A stretch of DNA of 64,000 bases, taken from Mustelus asterias (lineage: Eukaryota). Of this stretch, positions 57,836 through 64,000 are shown piece after piece. The notes below the pieces were generated by a model. The model was not told the origin of the DNA. It was given only the letters and a program-made list of their open reading frames with translations, and searched no databases. Numbering within the stretch: the stretch's first letter is position 1; every line of letters starts with the position of its first letter. Both the position numbers and the translations under genes were made by a program. The DNA lies in the NCBI RefSeq assembly GCF_964213995.1, contig NC_135801.1:17918001-17982000 (forward strand), written 5' to 3'.

Positions 57836-58612
57836 ACTCAAGAACAGCTTCTTTCCTGCCGCCATCAGACTTTTGAATGGACCTATCTCACAAGTTGATC
57901 TTTTTCTGCCCCCTAGAAATGACTGTACGATTCTGTACCATCTCGATCTTTTTTAAAACTGTCCTAAACCACTGAAACCATACAGGGTCCACCCCTGGTG
58001 CTTCAGGGTGATCACTGTTTTGCGCTTGGCGAGTCTGGTGTATGTCACCTAGCCCCTGATGACATTCTCCAGGAAAACCTTCAGCACCCTGCGGACCTCC
58101 TTGTACATCAGGCCAGAGATGCACTTAACGCTGCTACAGAGAACCAGGTCTCGGATGGCCAGTTTGGTGATGCCCTGAATGTTGTCGCGGAGCACCTTGC
58201 AGTGCCGCTTGGCTCTCGCATTTGCCCAGCCCCTTGTTGCCTTTCTGCCTTTCCTTCTGCCCTACATGATCAACACTGAGCTATCAACAAGCTGTTCTGT
58301 ATCCTCTCCTTTCCTTCTCCCCTATATACTTTGTAGTTTCTCCGTGTCTGTGTGGTGCTCCGGTTCCCTCCCACAAGTCCAAAGATGTGTGGGTTAGGTT
58401 GATTGTCCATGCTAAATTTCCCCTTAGTGTCAGGGGGAAATAGCAGGGTAAATGTGTGGGGTTACGGGAATAGGGTGGGATTGTGGTCAGTACAGACTCA
58501 ATGGGCTGAATGGCTTCCTTCTGTACTGTAGGGATTCTATTCTATGGTATGCCTGTATAGCGCAAGAAACAATACTTCTAAATATATACCAATACATGTG
58601 ACGATAATAAAT
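57836..58612 (+). mobile_element. Rex/L2-like 3' end split by the H4 retrocopy and a SINE
   Basis: Pieces 57836-57944, 58295-58335 and 58545-58612 are colinear with 45270-45490. Confidence 0.7.
57945..58294 (-). pseudogene. Histone H4 processed pseudogene
   Basis: Decayed H4 frame ([17 protein letters not shown]...[11 protein letters not shown]...AKRKTV...TLYGF) with stops and deletions; ATG at 58267; degenerate 14-bp TSD. Confidence 0.9.
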
Positions 58613-58738
58613 CGTGCAGGCTACATTGTGAGCAAGCTCAGACAGACCATGGGCAAACCTGTTCTGTGGAGTGACAAGAGCAGTAAGAAGTCTAACAACA
58701 CCAGCTTAAAGTCCAACAGGTTTATTTGGTAGCAAAAA

Positions 58739-58775
58739 CCACTAGCTTTCGGAACGTTGTTCCTTCGTCAGGTGG
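58739..58775 (-). ncRNA. Minimal type I hammerhead ribozyme in a PLE pLTR
   Basis: CCAC CUGACGA A GGAAC-AAC-GUUCC GAAA GC UA GUGG. Confidence 0.85.
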
Positions 58776-59895
58776 ATGGGAGTTCTGATCACAAACAGGG
58801 CACAAAGACACAAACTCAATTTACATAAATAATGATTGGAATGTGAGTCTTTACAGCTAATCAAGTCTTAAAGGTACAGACAATGTGAGTGGAGAGAGCA
58901 TTTGGCACCAGTTAAAAAGATGAGTATTGTTTCCAGACAGGATAGTGAGATTTTGCAAGTCCAGGCAAGTTGTGGGGGTTACAGATAGTGTGACGTGAAC
59001 CCAAGATCCCGGTTGAGGCTGTCCTCATGTGTGCGGAGCTTGGCTATCAGTTTCTGCTCAGCGACTCTGCATTGTCGTGTGTCGTGAACGCTTACCTGAA
59101 GATCAGAGGCTGAATGCCCGTGACCGCTGAAGTGCTCCCCAACAGGAAGAGAACAGTCTTGCCTGGTGATTGTCAAGCGATGTTCATTCACCCGTTGTCA
59201 TAGCGTATGCATGGTTTCCCCAATGTACCATGCCTCGGGACATCCTTTCCTGCAACGTATGTACCGTGTACCTGGTGGATGGTGTTCCCACGAGAGATGA
59301 TGGTGTTCCCACGTGAGAACGGATGCCATCATCTCACGTGGGAACACCATCCACCAGGTACACGGTACATACACTTGCAACTCGGCCAATGTTGTCTACC
59401 TGATACGCTGCAGGAAAGGATGTCCCGAGGCATGGTACATTGGGGAGACCATGCAGAAGCTACGACAACGGATGAATGAACACCGCTCGACAATCACCAG
59501 GCAAGACTGTTCTCTTCCACTTCAGCGGTCACGGGCATTCAGCCTCTGATCTTCGGGTAAGCGTTCTCCAAGGCGGCCTTCACGACACACAACAGCGCAG
59601 AGTCGCTGAGCAGAAACTGATAGCCAAGTTCCGCACACATGAGGACAGCCTCAACCGGGATCTTGGGTTCATGTCACACTATCTGTAACCCCCAGGACTT
59701 GCCTCGGCTTGCAAAATCTCACTAACTGTCCTGTCTGGAGACAATACACATCTCTTTAACCTATGCTTAACCCTTTCTCCACTCACATTGGCTGTACCTT
59801 TAAGACTTGATTAGCTGTAAAGATTCACATTCCAATCGTTATTCCTGTAAATTGAGTTTGTGCCTTTGTGCCCTGTTTGTGATCAGAACTCCCAC

Positions 59896-59932
59896 TCACC
59901 TGACGAAGGAACAGCGTTCCGAAAGCTCGTGG
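59896..59932 (+). ncRNA. Minimal type I hammerhead ribozyme in a PLE pLTR
   Basis: UCAC CUGACGA A GGAAC-AGC-GUUCC GAAA GC UC GUGG; predicted cut after C59928. Confidence 0.85.
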
Positions 59933-60044
59933 CTTTTGCTCCCACATAAACCTGTTGGACTTTAACCTGGTGTTGTGAGACTTCTTGCTGTGCCCACCCC
60001 AGTCCAACGCCGGCATCTCCACATCATGAGCGATAAGAGCCCCA

Positions 60045-60300
60045 GTGGGCGGGCTGGCTTGCTGCCGTGGGGGCGGGGTCACGTCAGCGGCTGCTGTGGG
60101 GGGGGGGACGGGGTTGCGTCAGCGACTGGGGGTGGGGTTACGTCAGCGACTGGGGGCGGGGTCACGTCAGCGGCTGCTGTGAGGGGGACGGGGTTACGTC
60201 AGCGGGCCTACGTGATGACGCACGCCGGGGCGCGGGATGACGTCGTGGCTATTATTAGAATGTGCGTCACGAGCGCGTGGATGTGCGTCACCGGCCGGGC
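60045..60300 (+). promoter_or_regulatory. CpG-island promoter with tandem GC-box plus CRE/ATF (CGTCA) modules
   Basis: Five GGGG-T(C/T)(A/G)CGTCAGCG units at 60070-60205, plus further TGACG/CGTCA sites up to 60290. Confidence 0.7.
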
Positions 60301-60447
60301 TGGCGCCACGTTCCAGCTTCATGATCGGTGGCTGCTAGGGTCCACACGCCTGCCTTTGAGGCCAGGATCAGCCGGATGGGAACGCCTTTCCACCAGGATG
60401 AGGCAGTGAGTGTCGGCGGACACCTCCACTCGGCTTCGACGGCGGCG

Positions 60448-60643
60448 ATGTTGATGATGATGATGGAGAAGAAAAACGCGGCCGAGCGGCAGCAGCAGCA
60501 GCAGCAACAGGCGGCGGACAACCCGAGAGGCGGCTCCCAGCAGCACACGCTGCCGCAGAGCTCCCCAGCGGAGCTGGAGGGCCCGGCGGACGGGCCCGGC
60601 TCCAGGAGGGAGCTGGAGGGCCTGGCGCATCCCTTTGTGAAAG
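60448..60643 (+). CDS. First coding exon of an unidentified gene (MLMMMMEKKNAAERQQQQQQQ...LAHPFVK)
   Basis: CpG island; GGCGGCGATG start context; AAAG|GTGAGG donor; in frame with a downstream 54-nt exon. Confidence 0.6.
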
Positions 60644-61244
60644 GTGAGGAGAGCGAGCGGCCTGCCTGTCAGCGAGAGAGGGCCGAGGCCCGGGCCTGCC
60701 AGCCAAGAGAGGGCCCGGGGATCCGGAGAGAGCGAGAGGGCCCGGGGGCTTCCCGGCCAGTGCTGGGCCCGCGTGCGGGCCCGGAGCCTCGGGCAGTCAC
60801 AGAGCGGAGATCCCCGCTTCCTCCCTCAGTCGGCCCGCAGTGACTGCCCCCCCGCTGTGGGTACCCTGGCAGACCGGCCTGTCCTTTATTAAACTCCCTC
60901 CAGCTGCACATGGACTCTGCATGTCTGCCCCGTTCTCAGCCTCCCAGTCGGTGTGAGTTTAGGCGACTGGACATTTAAGGCAGGCCCCCTCTGAATATCC
61001 TTCCAACGCTTCCTTAAAGACCAGTCCTTTAATTCTGCTTTGACTCACCACCTTGGCTTGTCGCCTATTCCACATCATCTGTCCCTTTGTAAAGCACTTG
61101 AGAGCATTTCACTAGATTTAACAGATTGTTTAAAATATTGACAGTCTAGAGTTTTAATCTCGGACTATTTCTGTAACTGAGTCTTCCATTTGATTTCTGA
61201 TTTGTGTTGCTCACCTGTAAATAATTTAAATAACTAATCTAATG

Positions 61245-61569
61245 TGGGCAGCACAGTGGTTAGCACTGCTGCCTCGCAGTGCCAGAGACCCAGGTTCAAT
61301 TCCGGCCTTGGGTCACTGTCTGTGCGGAGTCTGCACGTTCTCCCCGTGTCTGCGTGGGTTTCCTCCGGGTGCTCCAGTTTCCTCCCACAGTCCAAAGATG
61401 TGCAGGTTAGATGGATTGGCCATGCTAAATTGCCCCATAACGTCAGGGGGACTAGCTAGGGTAAATGCATGGGTTTATGGGGGGTAGGGCTTGGTGGGAT
61501 TGTAGTTGGTGCAGACTCGATGGGCTGAATGGCCTCCTTCTACACTGTATGATTCAATGATTTCTATGA
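61245..61569 (+). mobile_element. HE1/V-type SINE, tail A
   Basis: Full length; ends ~60 nt upstream of the putative exon 2. Confidence 0.9.
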
Positions 61570-61631
61570 ATTTAAATAACTGAAATGCATTTTGGATTTT
61601 TGAAGCCTAATCTTTGCATTACAATTTGCAG

Positions 61632-61685
61632 GTCGGGGATTCTTGTTGGGAAGCAGAGACCAGATTGAAAACTCTCACTCTTACT
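61632..61685 (+). CDS. Putative second exon of the unidentified gene (GRGFLLGSRDQIENSHSY)
   Basis: TTTGCAG acceptor and GTAAGT donor; symmetric phase-1 exon open in the correct frame. Confidence 0.55.
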
Positions 61686-61740
61686 GTAAGTGTCTATAGA
61701 AAGATTGCAGTTGGGTGCATGTTATGTTTTGTCTTTGGGA

Positions 61741-61920
61741 ACCAGTTTAGCTCAGTTCGTTGGACAGCTAGTTCATGATGCACAACGAGGCCAGCAATGC
61801 TGGTTCAATTCCTGTACCGGCTGAGGTTATTCATGAAGGCCTGCCTTCTTAATCTTGCCCCTCACCTGAGGTGTGGTGATCCTCCGGATGGTCATCTGGG
61901 ACTATGGTGACTTTGTCTTT
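61741..61920 (+). mobile_element. Short tRNA-derived SINE, same family as 52850-53035
   Basis: TTAGCTCAGTT...GGTTCAATTCC head; ATGGTCATCTGGGACTATG tail. Confidence 0.7.
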
Positions 61921-63435
61921 TATGCCTTATCTTTTTATTGGGATGATGTGGCTAAATATTGATGGGAACATAAGAACTAGGAACAGGAATAGGCCATCTG
62001 GCACCTCGAGCCTGCTCTGCCATTCAATAAGATCACGGCTGATCTTTTCGTGGACTCAGCTCCACTTACCCTATAGAAAGTTGGAAATTAACATGATGGG
62101 TTTAGAAACTGGTGGGTGGGGTTCAGTGAGGGGAAATTTGAGGTAATCAAATCTAGATCCAAGAAAGATGGATTGGATTTCTAAATGGCGAAAAGCTGGC
62201 GGTACAGAGGGACTGGGGTCCATGTACAAAAAATTCTTAAACTAGACTGGTCAGGTACAAGAAAGAGAAAACCAAAAAAAGGTATTGGAATGTTGGCCTT
62301 TATCTCACTGTAATACAAAGTGATGGAAGTTATACTGTAGTTGTATAAAGTTGTATGGTTATCTAATTGAATGACCCAACAGGAACGAGGGTTAGAATTT
62401 TAAATCAATATTACTTTTATTTTGTGGTACGTTTGATTAAGTCACGATTGCCAGACATTCTAATAATCAATACAGCAGCATTGGAAGAACTTTTTAAAGT
62501 GTTTGCACCATTGTGTTGTACTAAAGTTGTATACAAAGCATGATAGTTGCAAAGAAAGCATACTTGCTGCATTTGATTTCCCTTTTCCCCATTAATAAAC
62601 AATGCATCTTTAAGATTAGATAACCATTGCCTCTAAATGGGTATGTGTCCCTGAAGATGGCCTGGAGCCAGTCATGTTTCAAAAGCATCATCATGTAGAC
62701 AAGTGAAAGTCGTGCGACGCATATGATCTTCCACTATGTATAATAAAGGCCCTCTGAAAATCTATGGAGAGAACTCATAAGATGTTAGTACATTGCAAGA
62801 CTCGTGCTTCTGCCTAACCTGGTTGTCTTTATAACTTCAAAGATGTAAGCATGGGATCATCTGGCCTTTGCTTTGTGATTTAGCTCATAACCTCCTCAAT
62901 ACTGATGCTTTCCAAATATTTACAGTATCCTGTATAGAGTTTTGGACTTCATTTAACTTTTTAAACTGTTGACTGATTAGATCTACATTGGGAAGGCTAC
63001 TGAATCTCAGACATCAATCTAGCATAATTGTTGTTTTAATGACTATATCATTTCGGCTTGCTCACGTTATTTGGTTCCGTACAATTGTCACCACAATGTG
63101 CTGGAGAAAATGTGACCGGGGCCGGGGGAATGATTTTCAATACTTCAATGTATTTGAAAAAGTTAAATGAATACAAAAGTAACCAGCATAATTGATAAGA
63201 GGCAAAAAAAAATCCACCAGTCAGCTGATGTGTCAAAAGAAAATGTGAAATGCTGTGGTTATTGCTACAATATGGGCAATGCATCTGAAAATTCACAGTG
63301 CAGGAAATGTATAGACTTTTGGGCATGGATTACATTGAGGAAGGAGGATGTTTTGTGTTTGAAAGGAGTTCTTAAAAAATATATATAAATATGAACATAA
63401 GCTATCAGGATCTAGGCTTGAATGGCCACTTAGAA

Positions 63436-63741
63436 TTATAGAATCCCTGCGGTGCAGAAGGAGGCCATTTGACACATCGAGCCTGCAGCGCCAGCAATCC
63501 CACCCAGGCCCTATCCCCGTAACCCCACGTATTTACCCTGCTAATCACCCTGACACTAAGGAACAATTTAGCATGACCAATCTACCTGACCTGCACATCT
63601 TTAGACTGTGGGAGGAAACCGGAGCACCCAGAGAAAACCCATGCAGACACGGGAAGAATATACAAACTCCACACACCGACTCGAGGCTGGAATTGAACCC
63701 AGGTCCCTGGTGTTGTGAGACACCAGTGCTAGCCACTGTGA
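63436..63741 (-). mobile_element. HE1/V-type SINE, tail A
   Basis: Head, body and tail. Confidence 0.85.
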
Positions 63742-64000
63742 CCTTTAGAAGATTTGCCCTGTGACAGTACCCCATTATGGTTCATCTTTCAGAATAGTTG
63801 AGGGGAGTGCAGAAATAAAGCAAAGTACAAATTATTGTACCTATTTTAAATTCTGAAACAACTAAGGTTCAAGAACTTGAAGGCAATGAGTTTCAGAAGA
63901 GGAAACACTCTAACTTGGGCATAGAAGAAAGGTTAAAGTCTTAAAAGACTTGGTGAAAATCCCTTGAGCGCGCTTCACGTTATAAATTTTAAGTTGAAGG

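Larger units (their letters stand above)
58682..60028 (+). mobile_element. Penelope-like element as an inverted (palindromic) insertion: antisense arm, sense arm, 3' tail
   Basis: GIY-YIG fragments on both strands; arms ~58682-59302 and ~59325-59989; 12-bp TSD AGTGACAAGAGC/AGCGATAAGAGC. Confidence 0.92.

Noticed and set aside
58320-58330. Apparent TATA box 55 bp upstream of the H4 pseudogene
   Set aside because: It lies outside the TSD and belongs to the interrupted Rex/L2 3'UTR.

Overview
Vertebrate genomic DNA, most likely a shark, judged from dense HE1/V-SINE-type tRNA SINEs, CR1 LINEs and Deu-domain SINEs; the species cannot be fixed from sequence alone. Genes: POLR2B on the minus strand (coding exons 1-22, 35201 down to 3161; the last exons lie left of the window); a head-to-head three-exon THAP1-like gene on plus (46168-54091); the first two coding exons of an unidentified CpG-island gene on plus (from 60448); and a histone H4 retro-pseudogene. 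Much of the rest is transposon-derived: CR1, Rex/L2-like and Tx1-like LINEs, a Gmr1-like Gypsy element, several SINE families, a MITE and Penelope-like elements (PLEs). The most notable non-obvious system is a set of minimal type I hammerhead ribozymes. Three intact ones sit in PLE pseudo-LTRs, and three decayed ones head ~100-nt mini-elements. Three independent PLE insertions share a fixed inverted-arm plus ~40-nt-tail layout with 12-bp TSDs, and two PLE ends abut CpG-island promoters. Separately, two Tx1-like LINEs inserted at the equivalent position of adjacent units of a SINE-derived 48-bp minisatellite. All calls were made by eye; no database searches were run.
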